Assembly: GCA_963754315.1 (NCBI GenBank)
Contig: CAVWFS010000013.1
Location: forward strand, 1 to 64,000
Length of the DNA stretch: 64,000 bases
Direction: 5' to 3'
Source of the DNA: an uncultured Candidatus Rokubacteria bacterium
GTDB taxonomy: Bacteria > Methylomirabilota > Methylomirabilia > Rokubacteriales > CSP1-6
Shown here: piece after piece, positions 1 to 10,295 of the stretch
Numbering within the stretch: the first letter of the stretch is position 1
Layout: every line of letters starts with the position of its first letter
Notes under the pieces: model-generated
What the model was told of the DNA's origin: nothing
Database searches by the model: none
What the model saw: only the letters and a program-made list of their open reading frames with translations
Position numbers and translations under genes: made by a program

Positions 1-229
1 TAGGATTCTCCGGCCGCACAGACACCGCCCGCGAAGAGATCGTAGGCGCCCGGATCAACGTCTTTGGTGTCCGTCCGCCGGTGGACCAAGACTTCACCCG
101 ACGGCCGGCGCACGAAGACGTACGTGCAGCGATGCAGGAGGTCCGCGCGCGAATCTCGCGCCGGGTGACCGTGGCTACCACCTGGTCGTTCTCGTCGACG
201 ACATCGACCAGCTCCAGTCCGGGGTCCAT
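1..229 (-). CDS. NUDIX hydrolase (YfcD/Idi-like), 5' part only; 1-nt frameshift near 140; runs off the window
   Basis: Manual translation gives MDPGLELVDVVDENDQVVATVTRREIRAR, then after a frame change LLHRCTYVFVRRPSGEVLVHRRTDTKDVDPGAYDLFAGGVCAAGE, which is the start of a Nudix box. Confidence 0.8.
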   Translation of the reverse strand, partial: MDPGLELVDVVDENDQVVATVTRREIRARTSCIAARTSSCAGRRVKSWSTGGRTPKTLIRAPTISSRAVSVRPENP

Positions 230-292
230 GACAGGAAGGCTACACCACGCCGCTGCTGCTTGCCAGCCACGCCCACGTCCTCGTCGGTCCGA

Positions 293-607
293 TCAGGCCG
301 AGGCAGGTATCACTTTCGTGTGGACAAGGAGGGCGACGATTGCAGCCGCCCAGCCAATGGGTAGCGAACCGGTTATGCCGATCAGGAAGCCAAAGTCATA
401 GAGCCAACCTGAGTTGGGAACCTCGTACATTTTGATGGGAAGGAAGGCTCGGAGAATGAGGGTCCACGGAGCTAGCAGCCCATGCCACACGCCAACGAAG
501 AAGCCCGGCGGGTTCCCGGGTTGGACAGGGGCTGAGCCCGCGAAGCCGCAAGCACCGAGCAGGGTCGTCACGAAGACGAGCAACACGATCGAAGCTATCG
601 ACCGCAT
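293..607 (-). CDS. Small membrane (lipo)protein, conserved hypothetical
   Basis: SD (GGAGG) upstream; lipobox-like LGAC; PGFFVGVWHG...YEVPNSGWLYDFGF motif; hydrophobic segments. Confidence 0.7.
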   Translation of the reverse strand: MRSIASIVLLVFVTTLLGACGFAGSAPVQPGNPPGFFVGVWHGLLAPWTLILRAFLPIKMYEVPNSGWLYDFGFLIGITGSLPIGWAAAIVALLVHTKVIPASA

Positions 608-707
608 GATCTACCCTCCCTTTTTTGGGAGCCCAGGGCGACGGGCTGAGGAGGAGGCTCCGGCGCAAATACCATCCCTCCGAGGCCTCGACGATGCTTG
701 CCGAGCG

Positions 708-1442
708 TCAGGTTGAGTTGGCGCCACGGAGTATCGCGTTTGCCGTCTTCTCGAGACGTCGCACGCGAAGTGACAGGAGCGAGAGAATCCGCCTGACCAG
801 CTCCGGTGTCTCATCCAGCAGTCGCCAGAAGTGGGAGCGGTCCACCATGAGCAGCCGGACATCGGTCGTTGCCGTGATCGTCGCTGATCGGGGCTCGCCA
901 TCGAGCAGGCTCATCTCGCCAAAGAAGTCACCCGGCTGTAACTGGCTCCCGGCTCCGATCGGGGTGCGCACCGCTACCGTGCCGTCGATGATGATGAAGA
1001 ATGAATCGCCCGGCTCTCCAATCTGCGTCACCACGGTTCCCGCCGGTAACTCGACGATCTTCGAGAGCTCGGCGACCCGATGCAGCTCGCCCTCATTGAA
1101 TCCGCTGAACAGCGGGGCTCGCTGCAGATGCCTTATGCGCGCATCCGGGGAGGGCGTCATCGCGCCAACTTGTGCCTGCTCTGCCTTGTCAGGATCATGG
1201 AAGGGCAAGCGATCGGTGGATCGCGGATCGAATTCGAGGTGCTTCGGGGTGTACGCATGGGGGTACGAGGGCTTCGTCTGGGAGGTCGCGGCTCCCAGCG
1301 TCGCCCCGCACTCATGGCAGAACTTGTTACCCGGCGGGTTCCCGCTTCCGCACTGCAGACATCGCGCTTCGAGCTTGGCGCCGCACTCGCCACAGAACTT
1401 CACGGCAGCGGGGTTTTCGTGCTGGCATCGGGGACACTGCAT
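708..1442 (-). CDS. Double zinc ribbon + cyclic-nucleotide-binding domain protein
   Basis: Four CxxC pairs (MQCPRCQHENP..FCGECG..CLQCG..FCHECG), then a cNMP domain with an intact GDFFGEMSLLDGEPRSATITA cassette. Confidence 0.8.
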   Translation of the reverse strand: MQCPRCQHENPAAVKFCGECGAKLEARCLQCGSGNPPGNKFCHECGATLGAATSQTKPSYPHAYTPKHLEFDPRSTDRLPFHDPDKAEQAQVGAMTPSPDARIRHLQRAPLFSGFNEGELHRVAELSKIVELPAGTVVTQIGEPGDSFFIIIDGTVAVRTPIGAGSQLQPGDFFGEMSLLDGEPRSATITATTDVRLLMVDRSHFWRLLDETPELVRRILSLLSLRVRRLEKTANAILRGANST

Positions 1443-1605
1443 CCTGGAGCCCCCTTCGCCCGAAGGTTGGCCAGCTTTCGCCCACCCTAGCCGGGATGCG
1501 CCGGATGGGCAAGCGCAGGAGGCCACGAGCTCTCGGCGTATGATGAGGCGTGGAGTCTATGTGATCCGCCCAGAGGATGCCGGACGCGTGCCCGACGCCA
1601 CGGTC

Positions 1606-2679
1606 ATGCGCCTGAGTCGTCGGCAGCTGCTGGGGATGGCGGCGACCCTACTGGCCTCCCGGCCCCGCGCGGCTCTCGGGCAGCCCCGGGTTCCCATCGC
1701 CGACATGCACAGCCACTACGGATTGATCACCCGGCGCATCGCGGACTCCGGCCTTGCCGAGGACATGCGCGCGCAGGGCGTGGCCATCGTGGCCTGGACG
1801 AATGTTCCGGACGGGCCGTGGCTTCGCGTCACGAGCACGGGAATCGAACAGGCGAGCGAGCCCACCCCGGGTGATATCGCCAAGCGCTTCGCCAGCGTGC
1901 TGGATCGCATGAAGGCCTACGCAACGGACCAGCGGCTGCGCGTGGTCTTGACACCCTCCGATGTCGACGCTTGCCTCGGGGGTGAGGCGGGCATCGTTCT
2001 GGCATCCGAAGGTGCCGATTTCCTGGAGGGGCGCCTCGACGGGCTGGATTCAGCCTACGAGAAGGGTCTCCGCCATCTGCAGCTCGTCCACTATATCCGC
2101 ACTCCGGTCGGGGACTTCCAGACAACGTCCCCGACCCACAAGGGCCTGAGCCCCTTCGGTCAACAAGTCGTCAAGGCATGCAATGCCAAAGGGATCCTGG
2201 TCGACGTTGCCCACTCGACGGCCCCCTCGGTCGAGCAAGCCTTGGCGCTGTCGACGGCGCCTCTGGTCTGGTCGCACGGCTGGGTCGAGGGAGACGGGGG
2301 CAGCTGGCAGGATCCGTACGGATACCTCAAACGCAGATTGTCCGTGGCGCTGGCCAAGAAGATCGCCGCCCGCGGTGGCGTCGTCGGTCTGTGGGGGTTC
2401 GGCCTTTCGCGACCGGGGCAAGGGTGGACCGTCACCCGTGGTGACACGAAGGGATACGCGCGCGAGCTGGCCCGTCTGGCCGACACCATCGGCCCCGATC
2501 ACGTCGCCTTCGGCACCGATATCGAGGGGATGGGACCCAACTGGACCGTCAACGATTACGGCCACCTCCGAAAGGTGGTCGATCATCTCTACGAGATGAA
2601 GGTCGACCCCTCGGTGATCGAACGGCTGGCGTACAAGAACTACGCGCGCGTCCTCAAGGCAGCTCTTTCGCCGTCCTGA
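1606..2679 (+). CDS. Tat-exported membrane dipeptidase (peptidase M19 family)
   Basis: MRLSRRQLLG twin-Arg signal; DMHSH, SEGAD, VDVAH, WSHG and HVAFGTD motifs of the renal dipeptidase family. The longer 625 start is a shadow extension. Confidence 0.85.
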   Translation: MRLSRRQLLGMAATLLASRPRAALGQPRVPIADMHSHYGLITRRIADSGLAEDMRAQGVAIVAWTNVPDGPWLRVTSTGIEQASEPTPGDIAKRFASVLDRMKAYATDQRLRVVLTPSDVDACLGGEAGIVLASEGADFLEGRLDGLDSAYEKGLRHLQLVHYIRTPVGDFQTTSPTHKGLSPFGQQVVKACNAKGILVDVAHSTAPSVEQALALSTAPLVWSHGWVEGDGGSWQDPYGYLKRRLSVALAKKIAARGGVVGLWGFGLSRPGQGWTVTRGDTKGYARELARLADTIGPDHVAFGTDIEGMGPNWTVNDYGHLRKVVDHLYEMKVDPSVIERLAYKNYARVLKAALSPS

Positions 2680-2686
2680 CGCTCCT

Positions 2687-4030
2687 CTACAGTTGGTGCC
2701 GCTTGAGCTTGGCGTACAAGGTCGACAGGGCCATGCCGATCGCCCGGGCGGCGGCGCGCTTGTCGCCATCGTGATCGCGGAGCACCTGGCGGAGCATCTC
2801 CTTCTCGGCGGCATCGAGTTGCGCCTGGTAGGTCGACACCGGCCCGTTCGCCGAGACAGCGGAGGCCGGAAGGGCTAGATCTTCGGCGTGGATCTGGTCG
2901 CCACTCGCGAGCACGACGGCGCGCTCGAGGAGGTTCTCCACCTCACGAACGTTCCCCGGCCAGTCGTATTGTTCCAGGAGCCCCAGGGCGGTCGGAGAGA
3001 AGGACAGCCCGGGCCGCTTGAGCTCGTGGCTGTGCTTCTTCAGGAAGAACTCGGCAAGCAGCCGGATGTCACCCCGGCGCTCGCGCAGGGGCGGGAGCGT
3101 GATGGGAATGACATTGAGCCGGAAGAACAGATCCTCGCGAAATCTTCCATCCTTCACGGCCCGGGTGAGGTCGCGGTTCGTCGACGAGATCACCTGGATA
3201 TCAACCTGGATGGTCGTGGTGCCGCCGACCCGTTCGAAGGCGTGATCCTGCATCACCCGCAGAAGCTTGGTCTGAAGCGTGGGGTGCATCTCACCGATCT
3301 CGTCGAGGAAGACGGTGCCGCCGTCGGCTAGCTCGATCTTGCCTTGCTTACGTTGATGAGCGCCGGTGAAAGCCCCTCGTTCGTGGCCGAATAGCTCGCT
3401 GGCGATGAGCTCTTCGCCCAGGACAGCACAGTTGACGATGACGAACGGGCGCGCGTGCCGCGGGCTCCAGGCATGGATGGCGCGCGCGAACACCTCCTTG
3501 CCCGTCCCGCTCTGGCCGAGCAAGAGCACGGTGGACTGGCTCTGGGCTGCCCGGCGGGCACGCTCGATCGCGCGCTGGATGGCGGGGCTCTCCCCAATGA
3601 TCGGCTGAATCTTCGCGTCGAGTTCCTCCTGGGCCAGGCGCTGCGCCCGCTGCAGCTCGTTGTGCTCGAACGCCTTCTGGACGACGAGCTCGAGGTGACC
3701 GGGTGTCAAGGGCTTGGTGAGAAAGTCCCAGGCGCCTTCTTTCATCGCCTCCACCGCCTTTTCCACCGTCGCGTAGGCGGTCATGACGATCACGGTCGTC
3801 TCCGGCGACGTCTGCCTGGTGTGGCGGAGCACGTCGAGGCCGCTCATCCGTGGGAGCCGCAGATCCAGGAACATGAGGGAGGGAGCCTCGGCGGCCAGCT
3901 TCGCGGTCGCCTGGACACCGCTGCTGACGGTCGTCACGGCATAGCCAAGCTGATCCAGGCGACTGCTCAGTAAGAAGAGGACATCCGGATCGTCGTCGAC
4001 CACGAGGATCCGGGGTCGGGGTTGATCCAT
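2687..4030 (-). CDS. Sigma54-dependent response regulator (NtrC/AtoC family: REC-AAA+-Fis HTH)
   Basis: Receiver (ILVVDDD, FLDLRLP); GQSGTGKE Walker A; GAFTGA; FLDEIGE; FREDLFFRLNV; WPGNVRE; C-terminal HTH. Confidence 0.95.
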   Translation of the reverse strand: MDQPRPRILVVDDDPDVLFLLSSRLDQLGYAVTTVSSGVQATAKLAAEAPSLMFLDLRLPRMSGLDVLRHTRQTSPETTVIVMTAYATVEKAVEAMKEGAWDFLTKPLTPGHLELVVQKAFEHNELQRAQRLAQEELDAKIQPIIGESPAIQRAIERARRAAQSQSTVLLLGQSGTGKEVFARAIHAWSPRHARPFVIVNCAVLGEELIASELFGHERGAFTGAHQRKQGKIELADGGTVFLDEIGEMHPTLQTKLLRVMQDHAFERVGGTTTIQVDIQVISSTNRDLTRAVKDGRFREDLFFRLNVIPITLPPLRERRGDIRLLAEFFLKKHSHELKRPGLSFSPTALGLLEQYDWPGNVREVENLLERAVVLASGDQIHAEDLALPASAVSANGPVSTYQAQLDAAEKEMLRQVLRDHDGDKRAAARAIGMALSTLYAKLKRHQL

Positions 4031-4038
4031 GCCGTGGC

Positions 4039-4400
4039 TTACGGTATCCAGCCGAACGAGTCGCGGAGAACCGCCTGGAGCCGCTTCGACTCGAACGGTT
4101 TCGGCAGGTATCCGTTGGCGCCGCCCACCCGAGCCTTTTCGGCGGTGTCTTCGTTCGTGGAACCCGAGATCATGATGATTGTCAGGTGCGGGTACTCGCG
4201 TCGGATGGCCTCGAGTGCGCGGAAGCCGTCCATGACGGGCATGCGGACGTCCAGGAAGATCCCGTCCGGCACGTCGGACTTGACCTGTTCCACCGCCTGC
4301 CGCCCGTTCACCGCCGTGGCCACCGCGAAGTGGTGCGCCTCGAGAACCATCCTCAGCATCTCGCGAACGTCCGGATCGTCGTCGACCACCAGGAGCTGCT

Positions 4401-4404
<4 letters not shown>
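4039..4404 (-). CDS. Single-domain response regulator (CheY-like)
   Basis: LLVVDDD, FLDVRMP, YLPKPF; overlaps the kinase stop by 4 nt. Confidence 0.92.
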
Positions 4405-5642
<1,238 letters not shown>

Positions 5643-5880
5643 AGCCGGGGTCTCCTCTTGCTGGCGCCGCCGCGGAGTGTCGAGCCTGCGCAGACTTTCC
5701 GCTTACACCTCCCGCCTTGTCAAGGTGCTCTTATCGCGGAAACGCCACCGGGGAGTCTGGTGCTCTTTTCCGACACTTGGGGCCAGACATGGGACATTTT
5801 ATGTACTTCAGTCCTATCGCCCCGAGACCCTCCAGAGGCGCGCCCTCATCACGTCTTGCGCTCCGTCATTCCGGCGAGCG

Positions 5881-5916
5881 TTCTACATTCCCGAAATGGT
5901 TTCTCGGAATCCAGAA
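5881..5916. promoter_or_regulatory. Imperfect inverted repeat, candidate upstream activator site for a sigma54 enhancer-binding protein
   Basis: ttctacattcccgaaa-tgg-tttctcggaatccagaa, about 80 bp upstream of a -24/-12 motif. Confidence 0.3.
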
Positions 5917-5991
5917 CGGTCCGGTGCGCCGAAACGCCCGCTTTGCGCGTGCGTGCAACGGCAGCGATAGCATCTCGTGCTCAAGAATCCA

Positions 5992-6007
5992 TGGCACGCG
6001 GCTTGTA
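5992..6007 (+). promoter_or_regulatory. Candidate sigma54 -24/-12 promoter (variant -12)
   Basis: TGGCACG-CGGC-TTGTA: GG-N10-GT against the consensus TGGCACG-N4-TTGCW. Confidence 0.45.
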
Positions 6008-6394
6008 TATGACATAGAACTGATCACGCATATGAGCTGGCGCCCCAAATGATGGTAGTTGGGCGAAGAGAGGGCGCGAGCTGCCGGCTCCACACCCGAA
6101 CGATGCGCTCTCGAGCGCAAGTCATATCTATCTCTAACGAAGCCCGGAGGTATGAGCGAAGGGGTCGTATGGAGCGATTCCGCGCAGCGTCATCGAGGGT
6201 AAGCCAACGGCAGAGTGAGCGACGACAATGAAGGGGACAGCACAACAGCGAAGCGTCTCGCCTTGGGGCTCGTGGGCGTCCTGGTACTCGGCACCTTGGT
6301 CACGTGAGCAGAGGCGGCCGCCGGTGACGCTCTCCGGACAATTCACGCCCATCCAAGCCACGACGATTGCTCTTCATTCTTCGAGCTTCTCTCA

Positions 6395-6410
6395 GGGCAC
6401 AGAGATTGCG
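6395..6410 (+). promoter_or_regulatory. Sigma54 -24/-12 promoter for the secreted protease operon
   Basis: GGGCACAGAGATTGCG = GGCAC-N5-TTGC with exact GG-N10-GC spacing, about 180 bp before ATG 6588, in the intergenic region divergent from a sigma54 activator operon. Confidence 0.6.
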
Positions 6411-6587
6411 CGCATCTTGACCATAACCATGAGACCATCAGCACGCACCGTAGCGACCCTCGGAGATCGACACGCACTCGCGCTAGTGAACCCAGGTGGC
6501 CTCTCCGCATCGTCAGGATCCAGCGGCGGCGCCCGCTATTTGTCCACAGTGGTTGGTTACCACGTCCACAAGCAAGGAGCGTAGAAG

Positions 6588-9136
6588 ATGAGCTGGAAAC
6601 GAATGAAGCGCGCGGGTGTCGGGCTCTCGATCGTCGTCGGCCTCGGAATTATGGTGGCGGCAGCCGAGGCAGCCGTCGGAACCGTGCTCGAAACCGTCGC
6701 TATCCCGCCGGCGCTCTGCGGCGGCAATAGCGGCACGGCCGTCGCAGTGGTGCCGGGTGGAAAAGCCGGCTTCCCGAACATCCCGGTCCTGCTGGTGACC
6801 AGCTGCCAGAACCAGCTCTTCTTCCTCGAGCCCGCGAGCCCCGCGGCCTTGCTCAAGAGGACCCTGCCCATCTCGGTCGATCCGACGGCGCTCAGTGCTC
6901 GGGCCGACAAGGGGGATCTCCTGGCTTGTGTCGGGACGAACTCCCTCTGGGCGATCGATTTCAGCCCGTTGACCGCGACCGCCGACGGAACGGCGACACA
7001 GCTGCGTGCTAGTCCGGCCGGCTCGAACTGTGATGGAATCGCCTGGGATTCCGGGGACAGGACCAGCGGCAAGACCGCGACCATCTACCAGACGGGCGTG
7101 GATGCGACTGGCGCAAATGTCGTCTTCAAATTTGGAGAGAGCACGATCCCCCCCAACAACACTGTGAGCTCGGTCCCCGCCGGGCTGCCCCGCCGGGGCC
7201 GACGTGACTGGAATCGCTGTCGCCGGAACGAGCCTCTTTGTCTCGTGCGCTTTCACGCCGTCCACCTCCGGAGATGAGATACGGCAGGGCTATAAGGTCA
7301 CCGGCAACCCCAACGTGGCGCCCACGCCACGGGATATGCTCGTGACCAACCCGGCCAACCTAGCGTACGATCCCGTCCGCGCCGGCTCCCAGCACAAGGA
7401 CATCATCTGGATCAAGGACCCGACACAATGGCGGGCCATCGAGATCCCTGGTGGAACCAGCGGCCAGCTGACCGGGGCGCCGGTGCTGTTTCCCGCGGCG
7501 TGCCCCGCCAGCCACCTCAATCGGACGGCAGCCCGAAGGACATCGACGGTGACGGCCTGCTGAGACTGCTGGGAGGACGGCAGTCTATGGCCCTCCGACG
7601 GTCTTCCTGGGATCAGCTTCAGCGGCATCTGGAACGGGGACCCAGCCAACCGGGACGTCATTCTGTGTGTAGACAGCCTGCCTCCGGACCTCGACGCTAA
7701 CGGCAACTTCGGGGCCGCGGGGACAGCCGAGCGGCTCAAGGAATGCGCCAGGCCTGACCGGAAGGACATCTTCGTCGAGATCGACTACATGCAGTTCCAC
7801 AGGCCGAACGCGACGGCCATCAGCAACGTCGTCGCCGCCTTCCACAACGCACCGCCGTCACCGGCGGTCCCTTCCGGCTCCACGTGCAGAGATCGACGAG
7901 CAGATCCCGCACAGTCGACGCCACCGCCTTCCTGCCCTGCACGCCGGCACCCACCCCCGGCGACGCCAACTTCGACACCATCAAGACGCAGTTCTTCCTC
8001 ACCTGCCAGGCGCAGGAGGCTTCGGGACCTTGCTAGAACGCCCGGTTGGCAACGCGATCAACGCCAAGAGCTTCGCGTTCCACTACGCGCTGTTCGTCCA
8101 CAACCAGTCGGGTTCGGGAAACACGGCGTCGGGCTGCTCCGAGGTCGGCGGCAACGATTTCATGGTGTCGCTCGGGAGCTGGGCGCTGGCCCAAGTCGAC
8201 GGAACGAGCCACAACGTCGGCAGCATCGACCAGCAGGCGGGGACGTTCATGCACGAGCTGGGACACAACCTCGGCCTGCGTCATGGCGGTGGCGACAACA
8301 TCAACTGCAAGCCGAACTATCAGAGCGTCATGAACTACGCCCTCCAGACCAGCAATGTCTTGACCGGTCGGCCCCTGGATTACTCGCGACAGCTGTTGGC
8401 CCCGCTGAACGAGGCCAGCTTGGCCGAGGCGACCGGCGTGGGCGCTCTCCCCGGCACCGGCAAGCTCTTCCTCGGCAAGGTGGTATTCGGTCCGCAGTCG
8501 GGGGTGCCGTCGAAGGCTCAGGTGGTGACGGTCAGCGCCAGCGGATCGATCGACTGGAGCCGGAGCAGCGCGACCGTACCCCTGACGAGGGACCTCAACA
8601 ATCTCAACATTGTCGGCTGCCCGGGGACCGCTCCTGCCACTCTTGAGGGCCTCGTGGGCTTCGACGACTGGGCCAACATCGACCTCAACTTCCGAGCCTC
8701 CGTGGACTTCGCTGGCGGCGCCACCTCCACCATCGAGGACATTGACCCCAAGAACGTCGAGCTCACCCTCGAAGATGCGCTCTCGCTGAGCCGCGACGTC
8801 ATCGACTACAAGCCGGGCGGCGACCCCAACAACACAACCATCCGCAGCATAACCACTATCGTCAATGTGGCTATGTTCAGCCGGCGCGATGACCAAAACA
8901 TACTCGAATTCGATGCACGGAACCTCGACCCGGCCACGATGTTCCTGAGAGGCACGAGCCCCTTCAGCTGGGCCGTGCCTGTGAAGCAAAGCGGGAGCGG
9001 GTTCCAGTGCAAGACTCAGGACGTGAATAAGGACGGCGTGCAGGACGTCGTTTGCCAATTTCAAATTCCCGCGAACACGCTCACCGTGGGAGAGACAAAG
9101 GTCATCCTGGAGGCAACCACCTTTGATGGTGATTGA
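6588..9136 (+). CDS. Large secreted multidomain zinc metalloprotease (metzincin clan); several frameshifts (~7195, ~7520, ~7560, ~7860-8030)
   Basis: AAGGAG SD; Sec signal ending AEA; DIDGDGLL-DCWE Ca-loop-like motif; KDIFVEIDYM; HELGHNLGLRH (8252-8284, HExxHxxGxxH) with Met-turn SVMNY; C-terminal DYKPG..FDARNLDP..DVNKDGVQDVVCQF domain. Confidence 0.75.
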
Positions 9137-9216
9137 TCCGCAGTATGACTTCCATAGCTCCGATAAGATTAGAGTCGTGCCCTGAGAAGCTCATGCTCGA
9201 CAAAGGAGAAGACACC

Positions 9217-9663
9217 ATGATGAGCAAGATGATCCTGGCCGTACTGATGACGTTCGCCCTCGTCGCCTCGTCGGTCGCGGTCGGACATGCCGGCGGGGGG
9301 GCGGGCTCGCCGATCACTACGACGCTCTTCGACTGCTACGAGATCCAGAACGGCGCGAACGCCCCGTACACTCTGCAGCTCACCGACCGTTTCGGCGTCC
9401 ACCAGGGCGTCCGCGTGGGCAAGTCGAGACTGCTGTGCACGCCGACGTCAGCGGCCGAGGTCGAGAAGGGTCCCGATCTGAACGCTTTCGATCCCAATTT
9501 GGCGGATCAGCTCAAGTGCTATGACATCCTGGGGCCGCAGCCCAAGGGGCCGAACGGCGCCGCTATCACGATCAGCGATCCCCTCGGCAACGAGACGGTC
9601 ACGCTCAAGCAGATGGCAGTCCTGTGCACCCCGGCCACCACGGACCCGGCGATTCCTCAATGA
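9217..9663 (+). CDS. Small secreted protein with two Cys-containing repeats
   Basis: AAGGAG SD; signal peptide; repeats FDCYEI..TDRFG..LLCTP and LKCYDI..SDPLG..VLCTP. Confidence 0.75.
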   Translation: MMSKMILAVLMTFALVASSVAVGHAGGGAGSPITTTLFDCYEIQNGANAPYTLQLTDRFGVHQGVRVGKSRLLCTPTSAAEVEKGPDLNAFDPNLADQLKCYDILGPQPKGPNGAAITISDPLGNETVTLKQMAVLCTPATTDPAIPQ

Positions 9664-9692
9664 CCACGAGCGTGCCGCGGACCACGTAGCTG

Positions 9693-10270
9693 GTGCGCTT
9701 CGCCAGACGGAAGCTAATCCTGGGCTTCCTCACGGCCCTCGGTTTCGACCCGTCGAGTCTTTCGTGGCTCGGCGGGCGAAACGAGGATGCCCTGGCGGCG
9801 CCGCCTGGCAGGCCCGACGCGGCCGGAAGGTCGCTGTCGGGCCCCGAGCTCCACGCGCTGGTGGCGTTTGCAGAGGTGTTGGTGGAGGGTCGGCCGTTCT
9901 CGGCGGAGGAGCGCGCAGCTCTAGCTCGACCACCTGGCCGACCGTACAGGGGAGCCCTCCGGATACTACCTCGACCTCTACCGGACCACGGTCGCGCTTG
10001 CTAGACCGGCTAGCCGGCACCCGGTTCTCGGGCCTTGCTCTTGACCGGCGCCGAGCCCTGCTCTCCCGTCACCGCCTGACGTCCGCTACCGTGCTGCCCG
10101 GCGAGCCGCTCGGTCCGTATCCAGACGACGCGCGCGCGGTCCGCACGCGCGCGGTGCCCGACCTGATCGGCGGCTACTACGCTTCGCCGGTGGGCTGGGC
10201 GGCGGTGGGCTACGCCACGTTCCCGGGAAGGTGCGGCGATCTCGCACGGTACACGCGGCCCGAACCCTAG
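9693..10270 (+). CDS. Gluconate-2-dehydrogenase subunit 3-like partner of the GMC oxidoreductase; frameshift ~9925
   Basis: ARRKLILG twin-Arg-like start; LSGPELHALVAFAEVL; RFSGLALDRRRALL; GYYASPVGWAAVGY C-terminal motif; directly upstream of the GMC gene. Confidence 0.65.
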
Positions 10271-10295
10271 CCGGCCGTAGGCGGGCGGGCGCCTA

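Noticed and set aside
625..1605. N-terminal 327 aa of the 684-aa plus-strand ORF
   Set aside because: Antisense shadow of the DZR-cNMP gene; the real dipeptidase starts at the Tat signal (1606).
6024..6584. Short ORFs in the long intergenic region
   Set aside because: No convincing SD, atypical composition and no motifs.
7555..7570. TGA after a Cys codon in the protease gene as a possible second Sec
   Set aside because: It is out of frame. Removing one base restores DGDGLLDCWE, so this is an indel.
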